A stretch of DNA of 64,000 bases from the NCBI GenBank assembly GCA_902773435.1, contig CACYEN010000151.1, forward strand, positions 1,195-65,194, given 5' to 3'. Below the pieces are notes generated by a model. The model did not search any database. It was not told where the DNA came from and saw nothing but the letters and a program-made list of their open reading frames with translations. The DNA is from an uncultured Lachnospiraceae bacterium. GTDB lineage: Bacteria > Bacillota > Clostridia > Lachnospirales > Lachnospiraceae. Both the position numbers and the translations under genes were made by a program. Of this stretch, positions 39,549 to 49,073 are shown one piece after another; position 1 is the first letter of the stretch; the number at the start of each line of letters is the position of its first letter.

Positions 39549-40520
39549 ATGAAGAAATCTGTGTTCGCAAAGGTTATGGCAATCGTCAGCGCGGCTGCGA
39601 TCATGACGGCGGCATTCTCGGTCGCGGCGGCAGCCGACTATCCCGAGGATACGATCAACCTGATCTGCCACGCGGCAGCCGGCGGCGGCAGCGACGCGAT
39701 GTCGAGAGAGGTCGCCCAGCTCCTTCAGGACCAGCAGGGCTGGACCGTCACGGTTGAGAACAAGACCGGCGGATCGGGTTCCGTCGCCATGCAGTACGTC
39801 ATGAGCATGAACCCGGACGGCTACACCATCGGAACCGCTCCGGTTGAGCTCTCCATGATCAACGCCCTCGGCTATGCCGAGATCACTCCCGATAACGTCG
39901 ACCTGCTTGGCTGCACGATGCACTGGCCGGCAGCGCTCTATGTCTCCGCGGACGCTCCGTACAATAACCTCAAGGAATTCGTCGACTACTGCACGGAGAA
40001 CCCGGGTGCCATCAGCATCGCGAACTCCGGCATCGGCTCGATCTGGCACATCGCTTCCTGCGTCCTCGCGGACAAGACCGGCATCGAGATCAACTACGTC
40101 CCCTATGACGGAGCTCAGGGCGCGATCACAGCACTTCTCGGCAAGGAGATCGAAGCGGCGGTCGTCGGCAGCAGCGAGGGATATACCTATGTTGAGTCCG
40201 GCGACGTGAAGTGCCTCGCGGTGTTCGGCGAAGAGAAGAGCGAAGTCCTTCCGGACGTCGAGACCGCTATCGAGCAGGGCTATGACATCACGGTCAACTG
40301 CTGGGTCGGCCTTCTGGCTCCCAAGGGCCTCGACGAAGCCGTCAAGACGACGCTTGTCGACGCCATCCGCCAGGCTGTCGAGAGCGACGAGTACATCGAA
40401 TTCTGCAAGGGCAGGGGCTGCGACTACTCCTTCCTCGATCCGGATGAATTCCTTGAGATGGCGAACGCTGATACAGAGTATTACGCTCAGCTGATCTCCG
40501 AGCTCGGTATTGCCGAATAA
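39549..40520 (+). CDS. tctC: TTT substrate-binding protein
   Basis: Signal peptide; YPEDTINLICHAAAGGGSD, ENKTGGSG, PDGYTI, LPDVET. Confidence 0.93.
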   Translation: MKKSVFAKVMAIVSAAAIMTAAFSVAAAADYPEDTINLICHAAAGGGSDAMSREVAQLLQDQQGWTVTVENKTGGSGSVAMQYVMSMNPDGYTIGTAPVELSMINALGYAEITPDNVDLLGCTMHWPAALYVSADAPYNNLKEFVDYCTENPGAISIANSGIGSIWHIASCVLADKTGIEINYVPYDGAQGAITALLGKEIEAAVVGSSEGYTYVESGDVKCLAVFGEEKSEVLPDVETAIEQGYDITVNCWVGLLAPKGLDEAVKTTLVDAIRQAVESDEYIEFCKGRGCDYSFLDPDEFLEMANADTEYYAQLISELGIAE

Positions 40521-40546
40521 TGCCCTGAGGATAACAGGATAATCAC

Positions 40547-40578
40547 TGTCCGGAGTTAAAGCTCCGGACAGACATTTT
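40547..40578 (+). terminator. Stem-loop after the second tctC
   Basis: TGTCCGGAG-TTAAAG-CTCCGGACA then GACATTTT. Confidence 0.5.
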
Positions 40579-40594
40579 CTAGAGGGAAAATAAC

Positions 40595-41053
40595 ATGAAG
40601 AAAATAACCGGGGATACTATACTTGGGGCAGTCTTTGCAGCCGCGGCGGCCATCATGCTCTGGCTCACCAACACGACCCTTCCCTCCAAGGCGCCGATGG
40701 GGGATCCGGGCGCCCGCATCTTCCCGACCGGGGTCTCAATCGCGATCCTGATCCTGGCCGTGGCCGTCATCGTTCGGTCCGTCAGAAAGCCGATCAGGGG
40801 ATTCGAGGGCGTTCTGCAGGATCCCGAGAAGAAGCAGAGCGCGACGAGAGCACTTCTGGTCTTCCTCGATCTCGCCTTGTTTCTCTTACTTTGGAATTAC
40901 ATCCCGTTCCTGGCCGCAGGATTCATTTTCCTGTTCCTGCAGTGCATGATCTTCCGTGAGAAGCTGCTGTTCTCAGTTATCTATTCCGCTTCCGTCACGG
41001 TCGCTCTCTATGTGATGTTTTCCGTGTTCCTCAAGGTGAGGCTGAATCTGTAA
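40595..41053 (+). CDS. tctB: TTT small permease
   Basis: GDPGARIFP, hydrophobic helices, FLKVRL end; position between tctC and tctA. Confidence 0.85.
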   Translation: MKKITGDTILGAVFAAAAAIMLWLTNTTLPSKAPMGDPGARIFPTGVSIAILILAVAVIVRSVRKPIRGFEGVLQDPEKKQSATRALLVFLDLALFLLLWNYIPFLAAGFIFLFLQCMIFREKLLFSVIYSASVTVALYVMFSVFLKVRLNL

Positions 41054-41065
41054 AGGGGGAAGGAT

Positions 41066-42565
41066 ATGGACTATCTGTCAGCTATACAGCATGTGCTGAA
41101 CCCGGCTGTGCTCTTATTCATTCTCGCGGGCGTCATGGTCGGCCTTGTCGTGGGAACGCTGCCCGGCCTCACGTCCGTGATGGCGGTGTCGCTGATCACG
41201 CCGCTGACTTTCAAACTCGACAGCACCTATGGCTTCGCCATGCTGCTCGGAGTTTACAACTCGGCGATCTTCTCGGGAGGTATCTCCGCGATCGCGATCA
41301 ACACGCCGGGGACGCCGGCGTCCATCGCGCAGACATTTGACGGCTACTCGCTGTCGCGGCGGGGGAGAACCGGTTTCGCGCTGGGGGTGAACACGATCTA
41401 CTCCGTGTTCGGAGGCCTCTTCTCCACGGTCTGCCTCATGATCGCGTGTGAACCGCTCGCCAGGCTCGCCCTGCACTTCGGTTCCGCCGAGTACTTCTGG
41501 CTCGCCTTCTTCGGCCTCGCGATGATGATCTCCATCTCCCACGCGAATGTCGTGAAGGGACTTCTCGCAGGAGCGATCGGCCTTCTGCTGAGCACCGTCG
41601 GACTGGACCCGCTTCTCGGCAACAAGCGGTTCACGTTTGACAATGTGTCGCTGCTCAACGGCATCACGTTCATCCCGGTCATGATCGGCCTCTTCGGCAT
41701 CAGCGAGATGCTCTACCAGATGTACACGCACAAAAAGACTGACGAGCGCAGGGAAGAGGATATCGCGCACATGGGGGACAAGGAGCGCGTGCTCCCGACC
41801 GCGAAGGAACACAGAAGGATGACGCTGCCCGCCCTCCTCGGGTCGATTATCGGCGTGGTCGTCGGCGTCGTTCCCGGAACCGGCGGAGATATCTCCGCGC
41901 TGATCTCATGGGACGTCACGAAGAGGATTTCCAAACACCCGGAGGAGTACGGCAACGGCTCGATCGAGGGACTCGCCGCGACGAGCGCCTCGAACAACGG
42001 AGCGGTCGGCGGAGCCCTGACGACGGCTCTGGCGCTCGGAATCCCGGGCGACTCAAGCACGGCGGTTCTGCTCGGCGCGCTCACGATGTACGGGATGGTG
42101 ACCGGACCGACGCTGCTCACGAAGAGCGCGGACTTCGTCGGACGCCTCTATATTATCATGCTTGTCGCGAACCTGATCATCCTTCCGGTCGGTCTTCTCA
42201 CCGCGAAGGCGTGTATCAAACTGCTCTCGGTTAAATCGAACTACATCCAGATGGCCGTGCTGCTGATCTGCTGCATCGGAGCTTACTCGATGAACCGCTC
42301 CTACACCGACGTCATCATCATGTTTATCGCGGGAATCGCAGGTTTCTTCTTCCGTATGTACCAGTACCCGCTCGGACCGATGGTGCTCGGGCTCCTGCTC
42401 GGGGAGATGTGCGAGACGAACCTCCGGAGGACCCTCATGCTGTCCAACGGAAATCCGGTCCGCCTCATCAACACGCCGATCGCGATCGCTCTCATGATTC
42501 TTGTCGTGGCCGCGCTCGTGAGTCCGCTCATTTCCGATCTGAGGGCGAAAAAGAAAGCAAAGTAA
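41066..42565 (+). CDS. tctA: TTT large permease
   Basis: GTLPGL, AINTPGTPAS, ALGIPG. Confidence 0.95.
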   Translation: MDYLSAIQHVLNPAVLLFILAGVMVGLVVGTLPGLTSVMAVSLITPLTFKLDSTYGFAMLLGVYNSAIFSGGISAIAINTPGTPASIAQTFDGYSLSRRGRTGFALGVNTIYSVFGGLFSTVCLMIACEPLARLALHFGSAEYFWLAFFGLAMMISISHANVVKGLLAGAIGLLLSTVGLDPLLGNKRFTFDNVSLLNGITFIPVMIGLFGISEMLYQMYTHKKTDERREEDIAHMGDKERVLPTAKEHRRMTLPALLGSIIGVVVGVVPGTGGDISALISWDVTKRISKHPEEYGNGSIEGLAATSASNNGAVGGALTTALALGIPGDSSTAVLLGALTMYGMVTGPTLLTKSADFVGRLYIIMLVANLIILPVGLLTAKACIKLLSVKSNYIQMAVLLICCIGAYSMNRSYTDVIIMFIAGIAGFFFRMYQYPLGPMVLGLLLGEMCETNLRRTLMLSNGNPVRLINTPIAIALMILVVAALVSPLISDLRAKKKAK

Positions 42566-42584
42566 CCCAATAAAGGAGGGAAAG

Positions 42585-43514
42585 ATGCAGAAAATATTAC
42601 CATCTTTACATATGCTGGAACTCTTCTTTCCGCTGGTTCCGACGGAGTCCTTCTTCGTCGGCCTGCTGGACGAGGCGAGGAGAATTCCGTTCTACAAGGG
42701 CCTTGAGCTCCCGGAGATTCTGGAAAAGCAGAACCGGGACACCGTGCGCCGGATCGTTGAGGAAGACGGCTACCAGCTGACGGTCTGGTCCTCTCCGAGC
42801 ATCACGGAGAACGGCTACAATCTGGCGTCCCTCGACGGGGAACTCCGGGAGAAGTCCGTGGAGTTCGCGATCGAGATGATCAAAAATGCCGCCGACATGG
42901 GCACCACCAACATCGGCATCCCCTGCGGGCCCGACCCCGGCGACGCGGACCGTCCCGAGGCGCTGAAGGGGCTCTCCGATTCCTATCACCGGATGTCCGC
43001 CGCGGCCGCGGAGTTCGAGGGCGTTCACCTGACGTTCGAGCCGCTCGACCGCTACGCGCACAAGAAGCAGATACTCGGCCCGATCAGGGAAGTCATCGAG
43101 TGGTTCGAGGTTCTCAAGAAGGACTGCCCGAACATGTACATCCACTGGGACAGCGCGCACGAGGCGCTCGGGAACATCGATCTCGTCGAGTCGATGAAGG
43201 TCGCCCTGCCCTACATGGCGCAGTTCCATATCTGCAACTGCGTGACCGACCCCACGCATCCCTACTACGGGGACTGGCACATGGACATCGGAATGCCGCC
43301 TGAATACAGGAACTGGGGCTACCTCGACGTGAATGTCGCCGCGGAGCTGCTGCGCACGGCCGCGCAGGCCGGGAAGGTCGAGGGCGTGAAGAACACGCAC
43401 GTCGCCGTCGAAGTCCGCACCCACAAGGGAAACGACTGCTGGAAGACAGAGCGCGGAGTGAGGGAGTTCCTGATGGCCGCGTACGACAGGGCAGGACTGG
43501 AATACGACAGATAA
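42585..43514 (+). CDS. Sugar phosphate isomerase/epimerase (TIM barrel), paralog of 19135-20103
   Basis: FEPLDRYAHKK, WDSAHE, FHIC, PYYGDWH, AVEV. Confidence 0.82.
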   Translation: MQKILPSLHMLELFFPLVPTESFFVGLLDEARRIPFYKGLELPEILEKQNRDTVRRIVEEDGYQLTVWSSPSITENGYNLASLDGELREKSVEFAIEMIKNAADMGTTNIGIPCGPDPGDADRPEALKGLSDSYHRMSAAAAEFEGVHLTFEPLDRYAHKKQILGPIREVIEWFEVLKKDCPNMYIHWDSAHEALGNIDLVESMKVALPYMAQFHICNCVTDPTHPYYGDWHMDIGMPPEYRNWGYLDVNVAAELLRTAAQAGKVEGVKNTHVAVEVRTHKGNDCWKTERGVREFLMAAYDRAGLEYDR

Positions 43515-43553
43515 GAAACGTAAAACCTGGATTTTTCTTCGGAGGATGAGAGT

Positions 43554-44000
43554 TTGATACTGGATTACTGCAGGAATTATGAAATGTATGTTCCGATCGT
43601 TCCCGGGCTCGAGGAGGGAATGAAATTCGTGAATACCCTTCTGGACAAGCCGGCGGGCAGATACGACGCGGAAGGCGGCATGTACGCCAATGTGCAGGAG
43701 GGCGACACCTACGATATCTCAGGCGACAAGATCGAGACGCACCGCCGGTACCTGGACGTCCAGATCGTGTTCGCCGGCCAGGAGATCTTTGAGTGGGAGG
43801 AGGCCTCCGCGCTCGAGATCCTGGAGGAGTACGACGAGGAGACGGACTTTATCTTCTACAAGGGTTCCGGAAAGAAGATCCACGCGACAGAGGGGATGTT
43901 CTACATCCTTTTCCCGCAGGACGCGCACAAGTGCCGCGGTATGGTGGACGGGAAGCCGGAGCACTACCGGAAGATCGTCCTGAAGCTGCCGGTCAGGTAA
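43554..44000 (+). CDS. YhcH/YjgK/YiaL (NanQ-like) family protein
   Basis: ETHRRYLDVQ, YDEETDFIFY, FPQDAH, RKIVLK. Confidence 0.9.
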   Translation: MILDYCRNYEMYVPIVPGLEEGMKFVNTLLDKPAGRYDAEGGMYANVQEGDTYDISGDKIETHRRYLDVQIVFAGQEIFEWEEASALEILEEYDEETDFIFYKGSGKKIHATEGMFYILFPQDAHKCRGMVDGKPEHYRKIVLKLPVR

Positions 44001-44016
44001 GAAAAGGAGTCTCGGG

Positions 44017-45129
44017 ATGTATCTGTACGAAGGAATGGAGAAGGCGGAGCGGAAGGTGAGAGCCGTGCTGGTCGGCTGCGGAGAACAGGCGACCAACATG
44101 ATCCACGACGTGATCACCTACATCGACGAGATCGAGGTCGTCGGGGTCTGCGACATGAACGGGGACCGGGCGGACTGGGCCGCCGCGAGATTCGGGCTCA
44201 GCCGGTCATACCGGGACCTCGCCGACATGCTGGGGGAGGTCGAGGCCGACTGCGCGTTTGTCGTGACGATCGCCGGCCTGCAGGCTAAACTCGCGAAGCA
44301 GTGCGTGGAGGCCGGACTCCATGTCTACACGGAGAAGCCGACCGGGACAGAGCTCGGGGACGTGGACGAGCTTCTCGCCGCCGCGAAGAAGGCCGGGAAG
44401 AAGGTCGGGGTATCGTTTAACAAGAGATTTGACCTGGCTTACCGCGACATGAAGGCTGCTATTGAGTCCGAGGGATTCGGCCGCGCGAACGCGTTTATGG
44501 CCAAATTTATCGGGGGCTACCGCACCAATGAGACGGACCTCCTCCGGGTCGGGTGCTGCCACTTCTTTGACCTCATGAGATTCCTGATCGGAGAGGTCGA
44601 GGAGGTGTTCGCCTACCGTTACGAGGAACAGGTCGGCAGGCACACCTACGCGGTCGCCGTCAGGTTTGAAAACGGCTGCGTCGGCAACCTGACGTTCGGT
44701 TCCCTCGGCTCTTGGGTCAACGGCTACGGGATGGAGAGCGTGGAGATCCGCGGTGACCGCAACATGATCTTCGCCGACAACGGCAGGGATTTCACCTGGC
44801 AGAAGCCCTCGAAGATCGTCGCCTCGGATACGGGCCTCGCGAACAAAGGGACGCAGGCGGTCACGGAGGAAGCCGTGCCGGTGGAGATCCTGAGGCCGAA
44901 TTATTCCAACCTCGGAAAGCTTTCGACGAAGGACTTCTTCATCAACGGGAATTATCAGTGCGTGAAGGCATTCGCGCAGTCGCTTCTCACCGGCGAGGAC
45001 CTGAAGGTGTCGGGTGAGGACGGCAGGATGGCGCTGGTTCTCGCGCTCGCGGTCGACCGCAGCGTCGAGCAGGGAAGGCCCGTGAAAATCGCGGAGATGC
45101 CCGAGATGAGTAAGAGGGCAGCGCGGTGA
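44017..45129 (+). CDS. Gfo/Idh/MocA NAD(P)-dependent oxidoreductase
   Basis: LVGCG, HVYTEKP, VSFNKRF, CCHFFDLMRFL. Confidence 0.9.
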   Translation: MYLYEGMEKAERKVRAVLVGCGEQATNMIHDVITYIDEIEVVGVCDMNGDRADWAAARFGLSRSYRDLADMLGEVEADCAFVVTIAGLQAKLAKQCVEAGLHVYTEKPTGTELGDVDELLAAAKKAGKKVGVSFNKRFDLAYRDMKAAIESEGFGRANAFMAKFIGGYRTNETDLLRVGCCHFFDLMRFLIGEVEEVFAYRYEEQVGRHTYAVAVRFENGCVGNLTFGSLGSWVNGYGMESVEIRGDRNMIFADNGRDFTWQKPSKIVASDTGLANKGTQAVTEEAVPVEILRPNYSNLGKLSTKDFFINGNYQCVKAFAQSLLTGEDLKVSGEDGRMALVLALAVDRSVEQGRPVKIAEMPEMSKRAAR

Positions 45130-45171
45130 GAACCAGGCGGGTGCCTGGAATGTGAGAAAGGAATGTGTGAG

Positions 45172-46077
45172 ATGGAAAGACTGAAAGGCGTCGTTGTCCC
45201 GATCGTCACGCCGCTGACGGAAGAGGACAGCATCGATGTGGAATCACTGAAGAAGCTCGTCGACTACTGCATAGCCGGAGGAATCCAGAGCCTCTATCCG
45301 TGCGGGACGACCGGCGAGATGATGTATCTCAGCGTTGAGGAGCGCAAGCTGGTCGCCGAGACGGTCGTTAAGCACACGGCCGGCAGAATTCCGGTCTTCG
45401 TACAGGTCGGGGCCTGGAACCTGAGGGACACGATCGAGCTGGCTCAGCACGCCCACGCCATCGGCGCGGACGGAATCGGCGTGGTGACCCCGGTATATTT
45501 CAAGATCAGCGACGCGGGTCTTGTGGATTATTTCACGTCCGTCGCGAAATCCGTACCGGAAGACTTCCCGATGTACCTGTACGGGATCAAGCAGAACGCG
45601 GTCAATGACATCAACAAGGAGGTCTGCGAGGCTGCCGCGGCGGAATGCCCCAACATCGTCGGCATCAAGTACAGCTATCCGGATTTCACCCGCATGCAGG
45701 AGCTGATGACCGTGAACAACGGGAACTTTGACATGCTCCCGGGCCCGGACCACCTCTTCGAGGCGGCCTGCGCGGCCGGTGCCCCCGGCGTCGTCTCCGG
45801 GAATTCCCAGTGCATCCTGGCCCACTACGCGGCGATCTGGGAGGCGGTCAGGGCGAAGGATTTCGAGCTCGCCACAAAGATCCAGAGAAGGACGAACGTC
45901 CTCAACTCCGTGATGTGCAGGATCAACGGCATCGCGGCCTATAAGGTGATCCTGAAGGCCGAGGGCGTGATCGCCACGACGAAGATGAGGCGGCCGATGG
46001 AGAACCTGACGCCGGAGCAGGAGGAGGATCTTCTCCGTACGATGAGAGAGCTCAGGTATCAGGAGGTCCTGATCTGA
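45172..46077 (+). CDS. DHDPS/N-acetylneuraminate-lyase-family aldolase
   Basis: GVVVPIVTP, CGTTGE, VVTPVYF, MYLYG, VGIKYS (Schiff-base Lys); alternative start at 45163. Confidence 0.9.
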   Translation: MERLKGVVVPIVTPLTEEDSIDVESLKKLVDYCIAGGIQSLYPCGTTGEMMYLSVEERKLVAETVVKHTAGRIPVFVQVGAWNLRDTIELAQHAHAIGADGIGVVTPVYFKISDAGLVDYFTSVAKSVPEDFPMYLYGIKQNAVNDINKEVCEAAAAECPNIVGIKYSYPDFTRMQELMTVNNGNFDMLPGPDHLFEAACAAGAPGVVSGNSQCILAHYAAIWEAVRAKDFELATKIQRRTNVLNSVMCRINGIAAYKVILKAEGVIATTKMRRPMENLTPEQEEDLLRTMRELRYQEVLI

Positions 46078-46269
46078 GTATCCGGAGAGAACGGCGCTTC
46101 GGCAGCCGCTGATCTTACGGTGGAATCGATATTGTCTGAAAGGGCGGGTCTTCCCGGTCCGTCTTCGGCGCTGAAGTCACGGCGCTGCGGGACCGGGGCC
46201 CGTCCTTTTTTCTGTCGGGAAATCCGGCACCGTCATCGCGGGATGACGACAGGGCCCCGGCGCCGCGCC

Positions 46270-47532
46270 TTATACCAGCGCCGCGAGCTCCGGGAACACG
46301 CTGAGCCCGCGCTTCAGGATCCCGTTCATCGCCGCGATCGCGATGCCGTAGTTGGTGAACGGGATGCCCTGATCGACCGCGCACTTCATGCGGCAGACCA
46401 CCTCGCGGCTGTTGAGCATGCAGGCCCCGCAGTGAATGACGAGGGCGTAGGGACTGAGGTCCTCCGGGAAGGAGTTCCCGCTGCTCGTCTCGAACTCAAG
46501 GTCCGCGCCGGTCGTCTTTCTCAGTAGGTTGGGGATCTTGACCGTGCCGATATCCTCGCACTGCCTGTGGTGCGTACATCCCTCCGAGATCAGGACCCGG
46601 TCGCCGTCCCTGAGCCCGCCGATCTTCGCGACGCCCCTGACGGCTTCTTCAAGAAAGCCCCTGTAATTCGCCATCAGGATTGAAAATGACGTGAGCGGTA
46701 TATCCGCCGGCGTCTCCGCGGCCGCGAGGGCGAACACCTGGCTGTCGGTGATGACGACGGACGGCCTTCTCGCAAGCCCCGCCAGTGTTCCGCGAAGCTC
46801 CGTATCCCGCGTCACGATGGCCTGGGCCCCCCGGTCGAGAAGATCGCGGATGACCTGCTGCTGGGGGAGAATCAGGCGGCCCTTCGGAGCGGATTTGTCG
46901 ATCGGGACGACGAGGACGGCAAAATCTCCGGCGCCGACCGATTCCGGGACAATCCGCGCCGCGTCCGCTTCCTGGGGGACGATCCGGCTGATCCGGTTCT
47001 TCAGCTCCTCGATACCGGTTTTCTCAAGCGCGCTCACGAAGACGCAGCGGTCCGCGCAGTCGCGGAGCGCGCCCGCAGGGCTGACGGAGTCCGGGACCAG
47101 GCCGGCGGATTCCGCGGAGGCGGCTCCGGATGCCTCGAGCAGGTCCGCCTTGTTCCGCGCGATGAGGTAGGGGATCTTCTTCTCATCGAAGAGACGGATC
47201 AGCTCAAGATCGCATTCCGTGAGCGGCCTCGTAGCATCGGTGACCAGGACGGCGGCATCCGTCCTGTTGAGGATCTGTTTTGTCCTGCGGACTCTCAGGT
47301 CCCCGAGACTTCCGGAGTCGTCGAAGCCCGGAGTGTCGATGATGACGACGGGGCCGAGCGGCAGGAGCTCCATGGCCTTGCGCACGGGGTCCGTCGTGGT
47401 GCCGCGGATCTCCGAGACGACGGAGAGCTCCTGTCCGGTGACGGCGTTGACGAGGCTGGACTTTCCGGCATTTCTGAGGCCGAAGAAACCTATGTGAAGC
47501 CGTTCGGACGACGGTGTTTCGTTCATGCTCAT
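46270..47532 (-). CDS. hydF: [FeFe]-hydrogenase H-cluster maturation GTPase
   Basis: GLRNAGKSS, GTTTDPV, DTPG, NKAD, PKGRLILPQ, EGCTHH...IHCGAC cluster ligands; GGAGG RBS before 47532. Confidence 0.97.
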   Translation of the reverse strand: MSMNETPSSERLHIGFFGLRNAGKSSLVNAVTGQELSVVSEIRGTTTDPVRKAMELLPLGPVVIIDTPGFDDSGSLGDLRVRRTKQILNRTDAAVLVTDATRPLTECDLELIRLFDEKKIPYLIARNKADLLEASGAASAESAGLVPDSVSPAGALRDCADRCVFVSALEKTGIEELKNRISRIVPQEADAARIVPESVGAGDFAVLVVPIDKSAPKGRLILPQQQVIRDLLDRGAQAIVTRDTELRGTLAGLARRPSVVITDSQVFALAAAETPADIPLTSFSILMANYRGFLEEAVRGVAKIGGLRDGDRVLISEGCTHHRQCEDIGTVKIPNLLRKTTGADLEFETSSGNSFPEDLSPYALVIHCGACMLNSREVVCRMKCAVDQGIPFTNYGIAIAAMNGILKRGLSVFPELAALV

Positions 47533-47596
47533 CGCAGTGCCTCCTCTGGAGAATAAAGGGTACGGCGGCCGCTTAACGGCGGTCCCGCCTGTCCCA

Positions 47597-47625
47597 ATTC
47601 TGACATGAAGACCGGGATGTGTCAA
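47597..47625 (-). promoter_or_regulatory. hydF promoter
   Basis: TTGACA-17-CAGAAT with extended -10 TG, minus strand. Confidence 0.5.
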
Positions 47626-47680
47626 ACGGAACGGCTGAACGGGATGACCTGTAAATATGAGTGGCATTTTCGGAAATATA

Positions 47681-47942
47681 TGTTATGATGTATAGACGAA
47701 GCTTGACCGGAAAGGGGCGGAAGGCGCCTGACCGCGAAAGCAGTGTGACCGGGGGTGAAGGCCTCCGGATGAAGGAACGGCCGCCGGAAGAGGAGCGGTT
47801 TTTCAGGCGGAAAAAAGAGACGAACGATTAACCTGAGATTGAAACCCCGGTTGAGATCGAAGATGCGTTGGAACGGAAATGACGGCGCGGCCCGGCAGGG
47901 CTGCCGTTTTTTGGCGCATTCTTCGGAATGGGCCTCTTTTTT
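47681..47942 (+). promoter_or_regulatory. Extended -10 promoter and ~260 nt structured leader with terminator/antiterminator (riboswitch or attenuator candidate)
   Basis: TGtTATGAT at 47681-89; hairpins with U-tracts at 47882-47912 and 47913-47942; AAGATGCGTT (~47860) can sequester the 5' arm of the last hairpin. Confidence 0.5.
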
Positions 47943-47957
47943 ATGAAAGGATACGGC

Positions 47958-48203
47958 ATGAACAACAGGATCGCGATACTCGGCATCATCGTGGAAAAGC
48001 CCGAAGCGGGAAACCTTGTGCAGGAGCTGCTCCACAGCTGCGCGGCCCATATCGTCGGGCGGATGGGTATCCCCTACAGGGAGAAGGGTGTCAGCATCAT
48101 CAGCGTAGCCCTCGACGCGCCCGCGGATGTGATCAACACGCTCGCCGGCAGGATCGGCAGTCTGGACGGCGTGAGCGCGAAGGCGATCTACGCGAAAAAC
48201 TGA
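47958..48203 (+). CDS. TM1266-family putative [FeFe]-hydrogenase system regulator (ACT-like)
   Basis: RIAILGIIVE, IVGRMGIPY, IISVALDA...GRIGSLDGVSAK; 81 aa. Confidence 0.88.
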   Translation: MNNRIAILGIIVEKPEAGNLVQELLHSCAAHIVGRMGIPYREKGVSIISVALDAPADVINTLAGRIGSLDGVSAKAIYAKN

Positions 48204-48212
48204 GGAGAAGCC

Positions 48213-48968
48213 ATGAATCAGAATGCCTTGAAGATAGCAGTCTACGGAAAAGGCGGCATCGGAAAATCCACGATCTGTTCCGCCCTCTCCCTTGCGCTCG
48301 CGGAGAGAGGCCTTAAGGTGATGCAGATCGGCTGCGACCCGAAGGCGGATTCCACCATGTCCCTCCGCGCCGGCAGGCGGCTGCCGACGGTCCTCGCGAC
48401 GATGAGGGAGCGGAAAGACGATTTCTCCCTCGAAGACGTGTGCCTTGAGGGGGCCGGCGGGGTGATCTGCGTCGAGGCTGGCGGCCCGCTTCCCGGACTC
48501 GGGTGTGCGGGACGGGGAATCATCACGGCGCTCGAGAAGCTGAAGGCAAAGGGCGTCTACGGGCGCTACAGCCCGGACGCCGTGATCTACGACGTGCTGG
48601 GCGACGTCGTCTGCGGCGGCTTCTCCATGCCGATGAGGAGCGGCTTCGCCGACAGGGTTTACATCGTCACCTCCGGTGAGAATATGTCGATCTACGCGGC
48701 GGCGAATATCGCCTCGGCGGTCAGGAATTTCGGGGAGCGCGGCTACGCGGCCCTCGGAGGTTTTATCCTGAACCGCAGAGATGTCGAAAATGAGAGAGAA
48801 AAAGTCCTGGCGCTCTGCGGGGATTTCGATTCGGAGATCACGGGGGAGCTCCCGCTCTCGGAGAAGATCCGGGAGGCAGAGGCCCGGGGGAAATCCTTCA
48901 TGGAGCTCTTCCCTAAGAGCGAAGAGGCGGAATGCGTGAGAGCCCTCTCGCGGGCGATCTTCACGTGA
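48213..48968 (+). CDS. NifH/BchL/CfbC-like Fe protein (module 1)
   Basis: YGKGGIGKST, GCDPKADST, GGPLPGLGCAGRG, DVLGDVVCGGF. Confidence 0.95.
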   Translation: MNQNALKIAVYGKGGIGKSTICSALSLALAERGLKVMQIGCDPKADSTMSLRAGRRLPTVLATMRERKDDFSLEDVCLEGAGGVICVEAGGPLPGLGCAGRGIITALEKLKAKGVYGRYSPDAVIYDVLGDVVCGGFSMPMRSGFADRVYIVTSGENMSIYAAANIASAVRNFGERGYAALGGFILNRRDVENEREKVLALCGDFDSEITGELPLSEKIREAEARGKSFMELFPKSEEAECVRALSRAIFT

Positions 48969-49073
48969 CGGGAAGGGCCTGAGGGGGCAGAGAAGAGCGC
49001 GGATGAGGGCGCGGAACCGGAGTCTTTATGAGCGCGGGGAAGACGGGACAGGCCGGACGGCACGGAGAACCAG

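Noticed and set aside
45172-46077. Lysine-biosynthetic dapA
   Set aside because: Catabolic operon context; the YNVPxRT motif is replaced by YGIKQNA.
47662-47680. Sigma-54 promoter for the nif-like operon
   Set aside because: TGGCA is present but there is no TTGC -12 element at the required spacing.
47695-47880. Assignment to FMN, glycine, c-di-AMP or T-box riboswitch families
   Set aside because: Only short fragments match (CCGCGAAAG, GGGGTGAA, GGATGAAG, TGGAAC); the core conserved blocks of each family are missing.
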